From: Flavobacterium sp. UBA6195
Lineage (GTDB): Bacteria > Bacteroidota > Bacteroidia > Flavobacteriales > Flavobacteriaceae
Length of the DNA stretch: 64,000 bases
Direction: 5' to 3'
Assembly (NCBI RefSeq): GCF_002422095.1
Contig: NZ_DITB01000038.1
Coordinates: forward strand, 877-64,876
Part shown: positions 10,534-20,421 of the stretch, piece after piece
Position numbering within the stretch: the first letter of the stretch is position 1
Layout: each line of letters starts with the position of its first letter
Program-made: the position numbers and the translations under genes
The notes under the pieces: generated by a model
The model's database searches: none
What the model was told of the DNA's origin: nothing
The model's input: only the letters and a program-made list of their open reading frames with translations

Positions 10534-11304
10534 CTATTTCACATCATCTTCCAAATACATTTTTCGAACACGTTTGAATAATTCTGAAGAGTATACAAAA
10601 TCGGTAACAGCTTCGTTATCGGTTTTGAATATTTCTTTGTTGGAGCCTTCCCATTCTAATAAACCATTTTTTAAGAACACAATTTTTTCGCCAATTTCCA
10701 TTACCGAGTTCATATCGTGTGTGTTAATTACTGTGGTAATGTTGTATTCTTGTGTGATTTCCTGAATCAAATTGTCAATTACAATCGCCGTTTTTGGGTC
10801 TAAGCCTGAATTTGGTTCATCACAAAATAGATATTTCGGATTATTTACAATAGCTCGAGCAATCGCCACACGCTTTTGCATTCCACCCGAAATTTCAGAA
10901 GGTCTTTTTTGGTGCGCATTCACTAAGTGAACCCTGTCAATTACAAAATCAACACGTTCTTTAATTTCCTTTGCAGATTTATTGGTAAACATTTTTAATG
11001 GAAACCCAACATTTTCTTCCACTGTCATGCTGTCAAAAAGTGCACTTCCTTGAAATACCATCCCAATTTCTGTTCTTAACTCACGTCTTTCGTCGTTTGA
11101 AAGTTCAGAATAAATTCTGCCGTCGAAAGAAATAGTGCCGCTATCTGGCGTATGAATTCCTAATAGCGATTTTAAGAAAACGGTCTTTCCAGAGCCACTT
11201 TGTCCAATGATTAGATTGGTCATTCCCGCTTCAAAACGAGTAGAAACTCCTTTTAAAACGGTTTGTTCTCCAAACTTTTTTACGATATTTTTTACTTCAA
11301 TCAT
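10534..11304 (-). CDS. mlaF: MlaF/Mkl-type ABC transporter ATP-binding protein
   Basis: Walker A GQSGSGKT, signature ISGGMQKRV, DEPNSGLDP. ATG at 11304 overlaps the mlaE stop (TAATG). Confidence 0.85.
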   Translation of the reverse strand: MIEVKNIVKKFGEQTVLKGVSTRFEAGMTNLIIGQSGSGKTVFLKSLLGIHTPDSGTISFDGRIYSELSNDERRELRTEIGMVFQGSALFDSMTVEENVGFPLKMFTNKSAKEIKERVDFVIDRVHLVNAHQKRPSEISGGMQKRVAIARAIVNNPKYLFCDEPNSGLDPKTAIVIDNLIQEITQEYNITTVINTHDMNSVMEIGEKIVFLKNGLLEWEGSNKEIFKTDNEAVTDFVYSSELFKRVRKMYLEDDVK

Positions 11305-12050
11305 TAGCTTAAAAGAAGTTGGGTTAATATAAAGTTCACTAAAATAATAACTACCGATGTCCAAACGAAAGAAACCGTACTTGCTTTTCCTACTTCTAAA
11401 GCACCACCTTTCATGTAATAACCATGGAAAGAAGGAATTGTAGCTAAGATAAATGCAAATACAAAAGTTTTAATGAAAGCATAGGCTATATGAAATGGTA
11501 TAAACTCCGCTTGAAGTCCGGTTGTGAATTCGAAACTTGTAGTGAATCCTCCATAAACAGCTGCCATCCAACCACCAAAAACACCTAAAAACATACTTAA
11601 TCCAATCACAAAAGGATATAAAAATAACGCGATGATTTTAGGAAAAACTAAATAGTTTAAGGAATTTACTCCCATAACTTCTAGAGCATCTATTTGCTCC
11701 GTAACACGCATTGTACCTATACTAGAAGTGATAAATGAACCCATTTTTCCCGCCATAATGATAGAAATAAAAGTAGGAGCAAACTCTAAAATAACTGACT
11801 GACGCGTTGCAAATCCAATTAAAAATTTAGGAATTAACGGATTGGTTAAGTTTAATGCCGTTTGAATTGCCACAACACCACCTACGAAAAACGATATAAA
11901 AGAAACAATTCCTAGCGAACCAATGATTAAGTCATCAACTTCTTTTAAGATCAATTGTTTCATGGCCGACCATTTTGTTGGCTTGTTGAAAATTTCTTTC
12001 AACATGATGAAATATTTTCCTATTTGCGATAAGTAGCGAATGAGCATCAT
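11304..12050 (-). CDS. mlaE: MlaE-family ABC permease
   Basis: Multi-TM protein with IGTMRVTEQIDALEVMG and GGALEVGKAST; coupled to mlaF. Confidence 0.88.
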   Translation of the reverse strand: MMLIRYLSQIGKYFIMLKEIFNKPTKWSAMKQLILKEVDDLIIGSLGIVSFISFFVGGVVAIQTALNLTNPLIPKFLIGFATRQSVILEFAPTFISIIMAGKMGSFITSSIGTMRVTEQIDALEVMGVNSLNYLVFPKIIALFLYPFVIGLSMFLGVFGGWMAAVYGGFTTSFEFTTGLQAEFIPFHIAYAFIKTFVFAFILATIPSFHGYYMKGGALEVGKASTVSFVWTSVVIILVNFILTQLLLS

Positions 12051-12116
12051 TTTGATAGTGTTCTGAATTCAGTTTCTAATAAGCAGTAAAAATACTATAT
12101 TTTTTTATGGAAAAGA

Positions 12117-12965
12117 TTATAATAACTTCTCTTTCATCTTCTTCCAACGATATTTTCTAACAAATCTTGCTTGTTCAGGTGTGACCAACATGGTTTTGTT
12201 TTCTCTTTTGGCTTTCCAAAACCCTTTGATGTAATCTAAAAATAATAAAGGTCTTCCTTTTCGCATCGCTAATTTTAAAGATGCAACGGCTGTAATAAAA
12301 AATCCGTAACCTAAAGTGTAGAATGCTTCGCCTTGTTTAAATCTTGCAGCTTGGTTATAACTAGCGCCTGTTGGTTTTAGGTGTTTTACGTGTAAACTTT
12401 CATCAGTAATTACTTTCCAATTGTAAAATTTACAAAGCAACTCGTCAACAGTATCCCAACCCATTTGCGGTTTCAATCCGCCAATTTGTTTGAAAGTTTC
12501 TTTTCGATACGCCTTTAAAGCACCACGAATATGATCTTTATCGGTAAGATTTTCTAAAACCCAATTTCCATTTTTATCGATGTAACAAAATCCGCCCACC
12601 ATTCCAATTGTCTCATCGGATTGAAAATGTTTTATAATCGTTTCGAAGTAGTTTTTTGGAAAAATTAAATCGGCATCTACCTTTACAATGATGTCATAAT
12701 TGTCATCAATATTTTTTTCTCCTTCCTGAAATGCTTGAATCACTTTACTTCCAGGTAAATGAATGGCATCTGATTTTTTATTCACTAAAGTGATAAATGG
12801 ATATTTGGAAGCAAATTCAGAAACAATTTCCGGAGTTTTATCGGTAGAATTATCATTCACCACTACAATTTTTGTTGGTAAAACGGTTTGTTCTACTAAT
12901 GATTGTAGCGTTAAACTCATAAAAGCTTCTTCGTTGTAAGCAGGAATGATAATGTAGTATTTCAT
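12117..12965 (-). CDS. Glycosyltransferase family 2
   Basis: IIIPAYNEE, VVNDNSTD, DAD motif; start taken at MKYYII. Confidence 0.88.
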   Translation of the reverse strand: MKYYIIIPAYNEEAFMSLTLQSLVEQTVLPTKIVVVNDNSTDKTPEIVSEFASKYPFITLVNKKSDAIHLPGSKVIQAFQEGEKNIDDNYDIIVKVDADLIFPKNYFETIIKHFQSDETIGMVGGFCYIDKNGNWVLENLTDKDHIRGALKAYRKETFKQIGGLKPQMGWDTVDELLCKFYNWKVITDESLHVKHLKPTGASYNQAARFKQGEAFYTLGYGFFITAVASLKLAMRKGRPLLFLDYIKGFWKAKRENKTMLVTPEQARFVRKYRWKKMKEKLL

Positions 12966-12980
12966 TTGGCTTGTCACTTT

Positions 12981-13514
12981 TTACTTATCACTTTTCACTC
13001 TTTCGGCATAAACCAAATAATATCTTGGTGTAAACCATCTCAATAAAGGTCTAAAACCTATTTTTTTTACTGGATGAGTGAATTTTACTCGGTCCACAAT
13101 TTTAAAACCTGCTTTTTCAAGTAGCCAATCCAATTGCCAATCTTCAAATTCGTGATAATGTCTGTCCCACATATCAGTCTTGCTTCGATAAGCAGGAGAA
13201 AACCACAAACGCAAAGGAATCGAAATCAAAATTTTATCTGCTTTTACGTTTTGTAAAACGGTATAAGGATTAAGTAAGTGTTCGAAAATTTCAAAACCCG
13301 TAAACACATCGTAGTTTTCAGTTTGAAGCGCCGATTGGTCGTTGTCAATGTCTTCGCCTTTTGTATTGATAACAGTATAACCATTATCCACCATGATTTT
13401 TGAAAAAGGATTTGGAACACCTAAGTCAAAAATGGTTTCAGAAGTTTTGATGTGTTTTTTTAGAAAATCTAAAGTGATGTTGAATCGTTTGCTCGGATAT
13501 GTTTTTTCGTACAT
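12981..13514 (-). CDS. Class I SAM-methyltransferase-like protein
   Basis: IFDLG motif, FEIFEHLLNP, HYHEF. Confidence 0.65.
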   Translation of the reverse strand: MYEKTYPSKRFNITLDFLKKHIKTSETIFDLGVPNPFSKIMVDNGYTVINTKGEDIDNDQSALQTENYDVFTGFEIFEHLLNPYTVLQNVKADKILISIPLRLWFSPAYRSKTDMWDRHYHEFEDWQLDWLLEKAGFKIVDRVKFTHPVKKIGFRPLLRWFTPRYYLVYAERVKSDK

Positions 13515-13521
13515 TATAAAA

Positions 13522-13609
13522 TTTGTTTCAAGTTTAAAGTTTCAAGTTGAAAACAGTTCGTAAAATTAACAATTTAACTTGAAACCTGAAACCTCAAACT
13601 TGAAACAAA
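13522..13609. repeat. Inverted pair of heptamer tandem repeats
   Basis: TTTCAAG-TTTAAAG-TTTCAAG facing ACTTGAA-ACCTGAA-ACCTCAA-ACTTGAA. Confidence 0.75.
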
Positions 13610-13614
13610 AAAGA

Positions 13615-14673
13615 TTACATTTGATAGACAATCGCATTAATATTCATACCAGAACCAACGGATGCAAATATGATGACATCACCTTTCTTAAGTTCCTGAT
13701 TTTCTAATTTGCCTTTCATCATTAAATCGAAAAGTGTAGGCACGGTTGCAACACTAGAATTTCCTAATTTATGAATACTCATTGGCATAATGCCTTCTGG
13801 TGGTGATTGCTTATATTGTTTGAAGAAGCGATGAATAATTGCTTCATCCATTTTTTCGTTAGCCTGATGAATCAGTACTTTTTTGACTTTCTCTATTGGG
13901 ATGCCACTTTTTTCTAAACAGGAAGCCATTGCTTTCGGAACGTTACTCAGAGCAAATTCGTAGATTTTTCTTCCATGCATTTTGATATAGCGAACATCTG
14001 GGTCATGGTCTTTATTGAAAGAATTCCCAAAAAATAAATAATAGGCTTCGTCATAGGTAAATGTAGCCGTTTCATGAGCTAGAATTCCGCCTTCATCATC
14101 GGTTGCTTCTATAATTGTAGCGCCAGCACCATCCGAATAAATCATGGAATCTCTATCGTGTAAATCTACTACTCTTGATAAAGTTTCGGCGCCAATAACC
14201 AAGCATTTTTTTGCCATTCCAGCTTTGACGAATGCGTAGGCTTGAATTACACCTTCCACCCAACCAGGGCAACCAAAGAGAATATCGTAAGCGACACATT
14301 TCGGATTTTTAATTTTTAATCCATGTTTAACTCTAGTAGCCAAACTTGGTAAAATATCCGATTGAATAGCTCCTTTTTTAACATCACCAAAATTGTGTGC
14401 TAAAATGATATAATCCAGAGTTTCCCTGTCAATTTTAGCATCTTCAATAGCTTTTTCAGCAGCAATTAATGCAATATCAGAAGTGCATAAATTATCCGTT
14501 ACATAACGTCGTTCTTTAATTCCCGTAATTTCTAAAAATTTTTCAGCAACAACATCATTTGGGTGAGGAAAAGGAGTTCCGTCGTCATTTAAAAAAGTAT
14601 GTTGCGCAAAATCGATGTTGGAAACTACTTCGGTAGGAATATAGCTTCCTGAACCTGTTATTTTGATATTCAT
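13615..14673 (-). CDS. fabH: 3-oxoacyl-ACP synthase III (FabH family)
   Basis: ITGSGSYIP, catalytic Cys in FGCPGW, HQAN and GNSSVAT motifs. Confidence 0.88.
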   Translation of the reverse strand: MNIKITGSGSYIPTEVVSNIDFAQHTFLNDDGTPFPHPNDVVAEKFLEITGIKERRYVTDNLCTSDIALIAAEKAIEDAKIDRETLDYIILAHNFGDVKKGAIQSDILPSLATRVKHGLKIKNPKCVAYDILFGCPGWVEGVIQAYAFVKAGMAKKCLVIGAETLSRVVDLHDRDSMIYSDGAGATIIEATDDEGGILAHETATFTYDEAYYLFFGNSFNKDHDPDVRYIKMHGRKIYEFALSNVPKAMASCLEKSGIPIEKVKKVLIHQANEKMDEAIIHRFFKQYKQSPPEGIMPMSIHKLGNSSVATVPTLFDLMMKGKLENQELKKGDVIIFASVGSGMNINAIVYQM

Positions 14674-14805
14674 TCTGTTTTTTTTGGTAAATCGAATTTA
14701 CAAAATATAGTTGTTATTGATTGGATAACCTATTGGTTTTTAACATTTTTATGAATATCATATAAAAATCCATAAAAAAAAATCAAATTCTAAAATTAAC
14801 ACCTT

Positions 14806-15177
14806 TTAATTGAATTTTATTTGCATAATCGTTGCCATACTCAACGCTTGTGTTTTCATTTGTTCGGCATATTTTCCTGCGAAATGCTCATCAATTGTTG
14901 AATTAAAATGCGTTAGCCAAGTATTAAAGTGTTCTTTAGTAAAAGCATGTTTGTCATGAACGTCTTTATGAATCGAAAACATGTTATTGAAATAACCGCC
15001 TTTTAAAAATAAAGATTGTTCCCAAAAAGTTGCTAAAATATCAAAATGCGCATCCAAATGTTGGTCGACTGAGGTGACTTTGGTAAAGAAAAAATTAATC
15101 GAATCATCTGCTAAAAGTTTATCGTAAAACTTACGCATGATGAGTAAAATATCTTCTCTGTTCTGAATATCATCCAT
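14806..15177 (-). CDS. Group III truncated hemoglobin
   Basis: DIQNREDI...FYDKL, FW, HF..WL.HF..TID..FAG pattern; 123 aa. Confidence 0.85.
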   Translation of the reverse strand: MDDIQNREDILLIMRKFYDKLLADDSINFFFTKVTSVDQHLDAHFDILATFWEQSLFLKGGYFNNMFSIHKDVHDKHAFTKEHFNTWLTHFNSTIDEHFAGKYAEQMKTQALSMATIMQIKFN

Positions 15178-15191
15178 CTTATAAATTATTA

Positions 15192-15224
15192 AAAAAGGCT
15201 CAAATTAAAAACTTGAGCCTTTTT
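15192..15224 (-). terminator. Intrinsic terminator after gcvP
   Basis: AAAAAGGCTCAA-loop-TTGAGCCTTTTT, symmetric A/T tails. Confidence 0.75.
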
Positions 15225-15247
15225 GGTTTATTACTTTGTACTTTTAA

Positions 15248-18091
15248 TTACATATATGCTTCAATTGGAGCACAAGAACAAACTAAATTTCTATCTCCAT
15301 ATGCTTCATCAATACGACGAACCGTTGGCCAAAATTTATTCTCTGCAATATAATCTAAAGCATATGCTGCTTGTTCTCTTGTATAAGGGAAGTTCCAATC
15401 GTTTGCTGTTACCATAGCTAAAGTATGTGGTGCATTTCTTAAAATGTTGTTTACATCATCTTTAGTTGAAGCTTCAATTTCTTTACGAATTGAAATCAGT
15501 GCATCACAAAAACGATCTAATTCCGCTAAATCTTCTGATTCTGTTGGTTCCACCATTAAAGTTCCAGCTACTGGGAAAGAAACTGTTGGAGCGTGGAAAC
15601 CATAATCCATTAAACGTTTTGCAATATCCGTTACTTTGATTCCTTTTTCTTCGAAAGCTCTACAATCTAAAATCATTTCGTGAGCCGCTCTTCCCATTTC
15701 TCCTGAATATAAGATTGGATAATGTCCTTCGAAACGTGCTTTCATGTAGTTAGCATTCAAGATCGCATATTTAGTAGCGTTTGTTAATCCTTCAGCACCC
15801 ATCATTACAATGTAACCGTAAGAAATCAAACAAACTAAAGCCGAACCATAAGGAGCTGATGAAATAGCAGTAATAGCTTGACTTCCTCCTGTTGGAATAA
15901 TTGGATTTGTTGGTAAGAATGGAACTAATTTTTCGTTCACACAAATTGGTCCAACACCAGGTCCACCACCACCGTGAGGAATTGCGAAGGTTTTGTGTAA
16001 GTTCAAGTGACAAACATCAGCACCAATAGTTGCTGGATTTGTTAATCCCACTTGTGCATTCATGTTCGCACCGTCCATATATACTAAACCACCATTTTCG
16101 TGAATGATATTCGTGATTTCAATAATAGCACTTTCAAAAACTCCATGAGTTGATGGATATGTTACCATTAAAGCAGATAAGTTGTCTTTGTATTGGATTG
16201 CTTTTGCTCTTAAATCTTCCACATCGATATTTCCATTTTCCATGGTTTTAGTAACGATGATTTCCATTCCTGCCATAGCAGCAGAAGCTGGATTAGTTCC
16301 GTGAGCAGAAGCCGGAATCAAACATACATTTCTGTGGTTGTCGCCTCTTGATAAATGATAAGCTCGAATCGCCATCAAACCAGCGTATTCTCCTTGAGCA
16401 CCTGAATTTGGTTGTAATGTAGTTCCTTGGAATCCAGTAATTACATTTAATTGGTGCTCTAATTTTTTCAACATGATTTGGTAACCTTCTGCTTGTTCAA
16501 CAGGCGCAAAAGGGTGAATGCTGTTCCAGTTTGCCATAGATAACGGCAACATTTCAGCTGCAGCATTTAATTTCATCGTACAAGATCCTAAAGAAATCAT
16601 CGAGTGATTCAACGATAAATCTTTACGTTCTAATTTTTTGATGTAGCGCATCAATTGCGATTCTGAATGGTTGTTGTTGAAAACATCGTATTGTAAGAAA
16701 GTTGATTTTCTCACTAAGTTTTCAGGAACCATTGACTCATTTGCTAATTGATTTACTGTAAAGGCATCTTTTCCAGTAGCTTCAGCGAAAATAGCAATGA
16801 TTTGATTGATATCGTTTACTGAAGTAGTTTCGTTAAATGAAATCGAAATCGTTTCCGCATCTGGATAGAAGAAGTTTACTTCGTGTTTCTCAGCGATTGA
16901 TTTTACTTTAGTTGCATCCGCTTTTACTAAAATTGTATCGAAGAAAGCAGAATTTGTTTGGTAAACTCCTAATTTATTCAAAGCATCGGCAGTGGTAACC
17001 GCAGAAGCGTGAACTTTATCAGCAATATATTGTAAGCCTTTTGGTCCGTGATAAACAGCATACATTCCGGCCATTACCGCTAATAAAACTTGAGCTGTAC
17101 AAATGTTTGAAGTTGCTTTTTCACGTTTGATATGTTGCTCACGAGTTCCTAAAGCCATACGTAAAGCGCGGTTTCCGTTAGCATCAATTGAAACCCCGAT
17201 GATTCTTCCTGGCATCGAACGTTTGAATTCTTCTTTCGTTGCGAAATATCCCGCGTGAGGGCCGCCATAACCCATTGGAATACCAAAGCGTTGTGTAGTA
17301 CCAACAACAACAGCAGCTCCCATTTCACCTGGAGGTGTTAATTTAGCTAACGATAAAATATCAGCAGCAACAGCAACTTTGATTTCGTTTTCTGCAGCTT
17401 TTGCAATAAATCCAGCATAGTCATAAACTTGACCGTATTTTCCTGGGTATTGTAAAATTGCACCAAAGAATTCAGTTGAGAAATCAAATGTTTCATGATT
17501 TCCAACTACTAATTCAATGTTTAATGGAGTTGAACGTGTTTGTAAAACCGATAAAGTTTGTGGTAAAATTTCTTCCGAGACGAAGAATTTATTCACATTA
17601 TTTTTCTTTTGATCGCGTGTTCTTACATCGAAAAGTAATGCCATTGCTTCAGCAGCAGCTGTTCCTTCATCAAGTAACGATGCATTTGCGATTTCCATTC
17701 CGGTTAATTCGATAACTGTAGTTTGGAAATTCAAAATTGCTTCTAAACGACCTTGAGCAATTTCTGCTTGGTAAGGTGTGTAAGCCGTGTACCATCCTGG
17801 GTTTTCAAAAATATTTCTTTGAATAACAGCAGGAATAATCGTTGGGTGATATCCTAAACCAATATAAGATTTGAATACTTTGTTTTTCTTTCCTAATTCT
17901 TGAATGTGAGTCAAATACTCATATTCCGACATAGGAGCTTCTAAATTTAAGTCGTTTTTTAAACGAATATCATCTGGAATAGTTTCATAAATTAATTGGT
18001 CTAAAGAATCTACACCAATGGTTTTTAACATGTGATTTAAGTCACTCTCACGAGGGCCTAAATGTCTCAAAGCGAATGCATCTGTTCTCAT
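15248..18091 (-). CDS. gcvP: Glycine dehydrogenase (glycine cleavage system P protein)
   Basis: YTPYQAEIAQGRLE, REKATSNICTAQ, PLP lysine in NLHKTFAIPHGGGGPG, DYGFHAPT. Confidence 0.97.
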   Translation of the reverse strand: MRTDAFALRHLGPRESDLNHMLKTIGVDSLDQLIYETIPDDIRLKNDLNLEAPMSEYEYLTHIQELGKKNKVFKSYIGLGYHPTIIPAVIQRNIFENPGWYTAYTPYQAEIAQGRLEAILNFQTTVIELTGMEIANASLLDEGTAAAEAMALLFDVRTRDQKKNNVNKFFVSEEILPQTLSVLQTRSTPLNIELVVGNHETFDFSTEFFGAILQYPGKYGQVYDYAGFIAKAAENEIKVAVAADILSLAKLTPPGEMGAAVVVGTTQRFGIPMGYGGPHAGYFATKEEFKRSMPGRIIGVSIDANGNRALRMALGTREQHIKREKATSNICTAQVLLAVMAGMYAVYHGPKGLQYIADKVHASAVTTADALNKLGVYQTNSAFFDTILVKADATKVKSIAEKHEVNFFYPDAETISISFNETTSVNDINQIIAIFAEATGKDAFTVNQLANESMVPENLVRKSTFLQYDVFNNNHSESQLMRYIKKLERKDLSLNHSMISLGSCTMKLNAAAEMLPLSMANWNSIHPFAPVEQAEGYQIMLKKLEHQLNVITGFQGTTLQPNSGAQGEYAGLMAIRAYHLSRGDNHRNVCLIPASAHGTNPASAAMAGMEIIVTKTMENGNIDVEDLRAKAIQYKDNLSALMVTYPSTHGVFESAIIEITNIIHENGGLVYMDGANMNAQVGLTNPATIGADVCHLNLHKTFAIPHGGGGPGVGPICVNEKLVPFLPTNPIIPTGGSQAITAISSAPYGSALVCLISYGYIVMMGAEGLTNATKYAILNANYMKARFEGHYPILYSGEMGRAAHEMILDCRAFEEKGIKVTDIAKRLMDYGFHAPTVSFPVAGTLMVEPTESEDLAELDRFCDALISIRKEIEASTKDDVNNILRNAPHTLAMVTANDWNFPYTREQAAYALDYIAENKFWPTVRRIDEAYGDRNLVCSCAPIEAYM

Positions 18092-18136
18092 TTATTAAAA
18101 ATGTGTATGTGTGTTATTATGTGTTGTTTTGGACAA

Positions 18137-18144
18137 CAAAAGTA
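18137..18144 (-). promoter_or_regulatory. -7 promoter element for gcvP
   Basis: TACTTTTG on the minus strand about 45 bp upstream of the ATG. Confidence 0.5.
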
Positions 18145-18241
18145 ATTATTAATCTTGTAATTTTTTGTTTTTAAAATGTGAAATTTTGTGATTTTATCAA
18201 CTAATTTCAAGTCTTATTAACAGATTGATTAATTTTGTTGA

Positions 18242-19060
18242 ATGATGGTTTTTAAGAAATTTCTCGATTTTTATATCAATAGTAGTTTACATGTAGCATT
18301 ATCTGCTTTTGCATTGGTGTCTATGACACAATATTTCTTTGGTGTTGAAAGAGATTTTAGTGTTGCTTTTTTTGCTTTTTTTGGAACAGTTGTAGGGTAT
18401 AATTTTGTGAAGTACGATGCCATTGCAAGGTTAAACAAAACTGAACTCAAAAAAGAATTGAAGGGAATTGTTTTTTTGAGTTTTATTTCTTTGTTGGCTT
18501 GTTTTTACTTTTTCTTGCAATTAAGTTGGATGACAAAAATTAGTGCTTTCGCTTTTTTTGGTCTTACGCTTTTATACACTTTACCTTTTTTTCCAAACAA
18601 ACAAAACGCCCGAAATTGGAAAGGTGTAAAAATTTATATAGTTGCCATCACTTGGGTAGGAGTTACCGTATTGCTGCCATTACAAGAAGCACAAATCTCT
18701 TTTTCTTTTGATGTTTTGTTGATGGCTATTCAACGATTTTTGTTGGTTTTTTCTCTTGTTTTGGTTTTTGAAATTGTCGATGTTAAATTAGATGATCCGC
18801 ATTTGCAAACTGTTCCGCAGAAAATAGGAGTGGAGTTGACCAAAAAACTTAGTTATGTATTATTGTTTTTGTTATTACTTTTAGAGTTTTTCTATACCAA
18901 TAACAATCACTTTTTACCTTTCTTTTTCAAACTTTTGGTATGTGGAACTATTGCAATTTTTCTCTTTTTTGCCAATGAAAATCGTTCGAGATATTACGCA
19001 TCATTTTGGTTAGAAAGCGTTCCGATTTTGTGGTGGTTGGTGTTGGTGGTTTTAAATTAA
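18242..19060 (+). CDS. Integral membrane protein, UbiA-prenyltransferase-like
   Basis: About 8 TM segments; YNFVKY, FEIVDVKLD and TVPQKIG resemble UbiA-superfamily acidic motifs. Confidence 0.55.
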   Translation: MMVFKKFLDFYINSSLHVALSAFALVSMTQYFFGVERDFSVAFFAFFGTVVGYNFVKYDAIARLNKTELKKELKGIVFLSFISLLACFYFFLQLSWMTKISAFAFFGLTLLYTLPFFPNKQNARNWKGVKIYIVAITWVGVTVLLPLQEAQISFSFDVLLMAIQRFLLVFSLVLVFEIVDVKLDDPHLQTVPQKIGVELTKKLSYVLLFLLLLLEFFYTNNNHFLPFFFKLLVCGTIAIFLFFANENRSRYYASFWLESVPILWWLVLVVLN

Positions 19061-19090
19061 ACAAAATTAAAAATCTCAGAAATATCTGAA

Positions 19091-19960
19091 TTACCCAAAA
19101 AATTTCAATTTGAATTTTACTGAATAAGATTTACATTTCGAACAAAATACAGGTTTATCTCGATTTAATTCTCCTCCGCAATCACATTTTGGTTGTATAG
19201 ATTCTCTCTCTATACTATGAAATTTTCCACAAGATTGACATTGATATCCTAAATTAAATCTTGTATAAGGAGCAATCATTTCAGATTGAAAACAATTTAA
19301 GCAAGTAAGCTCGCCTATTGAGCCAAGTTTTGATAAAATTAACCTATCATCAATTAAAACCATTTCATTACTAAAAGGCTTTTCTATAGTTGGTAACCAG
19401 TTTAGTTTTTGTTCTATTATACTTCTGTATTTGGTTTTAATTTGAAAAGGAGTTCTTTTTATGTATTCCTCAGTGCGTTCTTTTTTGTCTGATACTAAAC
19501 TTTTTAAGTAGTCAATTCTTTCGTTTGGATTGATAGAAATGGTTTCATTATTATCGTTTTCATAATTCCATTTTTCGGGTAAATCAGTCCAAATGATATT
19601 TTTGATTTTTTTCTCTTTTGACCAATTTCTGATTTCATTTTTGTATTTAAAATCTTCTGAATGAAATTCATCTGTTTCGGCTTTATAGTAACCAATATTT
19701 TTACGGTTACAGTTACCTTCTCGAATTCTCAAATTTTCAATTGTTTCTTCAAATGCCTGGTTTTGATTAGCGAATGTATAAAATGTTTTGTTTGGTGTAC
19801 CATTTTCTGTGATGACAAGCGTTAGTCTGCCATCTTTTGAAATTCTTGCAAATTCAATTGGTAAAACCGGACCATCATAAACCCAGCCTAAATATTTGTT
19901 ATAATTTAATTCTTTTGAATCCCAAATTAAGGAACCCCAAGCGAGAATAGCGATTGTCAT
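19091..19960 (-). CDS. Hypothetical protein: GGCT/ChaC-like N-terminal domain plus 8-Cys zinc-binding C-terminal domain
   Basis: N-terminal IAILAWGSLIW resembles the GGCT-fold YGSL motif, and LRIREG is present. Cys pairs C220/223, C241/244, C259/261, C273/276. Start overlaps the upstream stop (ATGA). Confidence 0.6.
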   Translation of the reverse strand: MTIAILAWGSLIWDSKELNYNKYLGWVYDGPVLPIEFARISKDGRLTLVITENGTPNKTFYTFANQNQAFEETIENLRIREGNCNRKNIGYYKAETDEFHSEDFKYKNEIRNWSKEKKIKNIIWTDLPEKWNYENDNNETISINPNERIDYLKSLVSDKKERTEEYIKRTPFQIKTKYRSIIEQKLNWLPTIEKPFSNEMVLIDDRLILSKLGSIGELTCLNCFQSEMIAPYTRFNLGYQCQSCGKFHSIERESIQPKCDCGGELNRDKPVFCSKCKSYSVKFKLKFFG

Positions 19961-20421
19961 TTGAAAATAAATATTGATAAACCAATTAAGGCAAAGATGA
20001 AACCAACAAGAAGAGAATAACGTTGTAGATTATAATAAGACCATGAATCAACACCTCTTTTTTTTGTTAATCTTGGAATATTTTCTATTGCTACACTATT
20101 ATCATTTATTAATTCCGCAGTTCTTTTGAAATCTTTTAGTCTATTTTCTGTAAATAATGTATAAAACAAAAATGAAATTAACAGAAAAATTAGTGATGGA
20201 ATTAGTAAATATATTTCACAATGAAAAAAATCATCCTTATTCACAATTGTAAAATTAATAACATAACCAAAAATTGCTGATGAAAAGATAAAATACAAAT
20301 TAGCACTAACTCCAAGTTGATTTCTTTGCACTTCTCGCCAATATTTATAGTCATAAAATTCTTTCAATCTTTTTGTTTTTTCTTTTTCATTTTTTCTTTC
20401 CTGTTCGTTTGTATTACTCAT
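19957..20421 (-). CDS. Hypothetical 3-TM membrane protein
   Basis: Charged N-terminus, hydrophobic segments at about aa 38-60, 70-90 and 136-153; overlaps both neighbours. Confidence 0.7.
   Translation of the reverse strand: MSNTNEQERKNEKEKTKRLKEFYDYKYWREVQRNQLGVSANLYFIFSSAIFGYVINFTIVNKDDFFHCEIYLLIPSLIFLLISFLFYTLFTENRLKDFKRTAELINDNSVAIENIPRLTKKRGVDSWSYYNLQRYSLLVGFIFALIGLSIFIFK

Noticed and set aside
18092-18241. Glycine riboswitch upstream of gcvP
   Set aside because: The leader between the putative promoter and the ATG is only about 40 nt and AT-rich, with no aptamer motifs.
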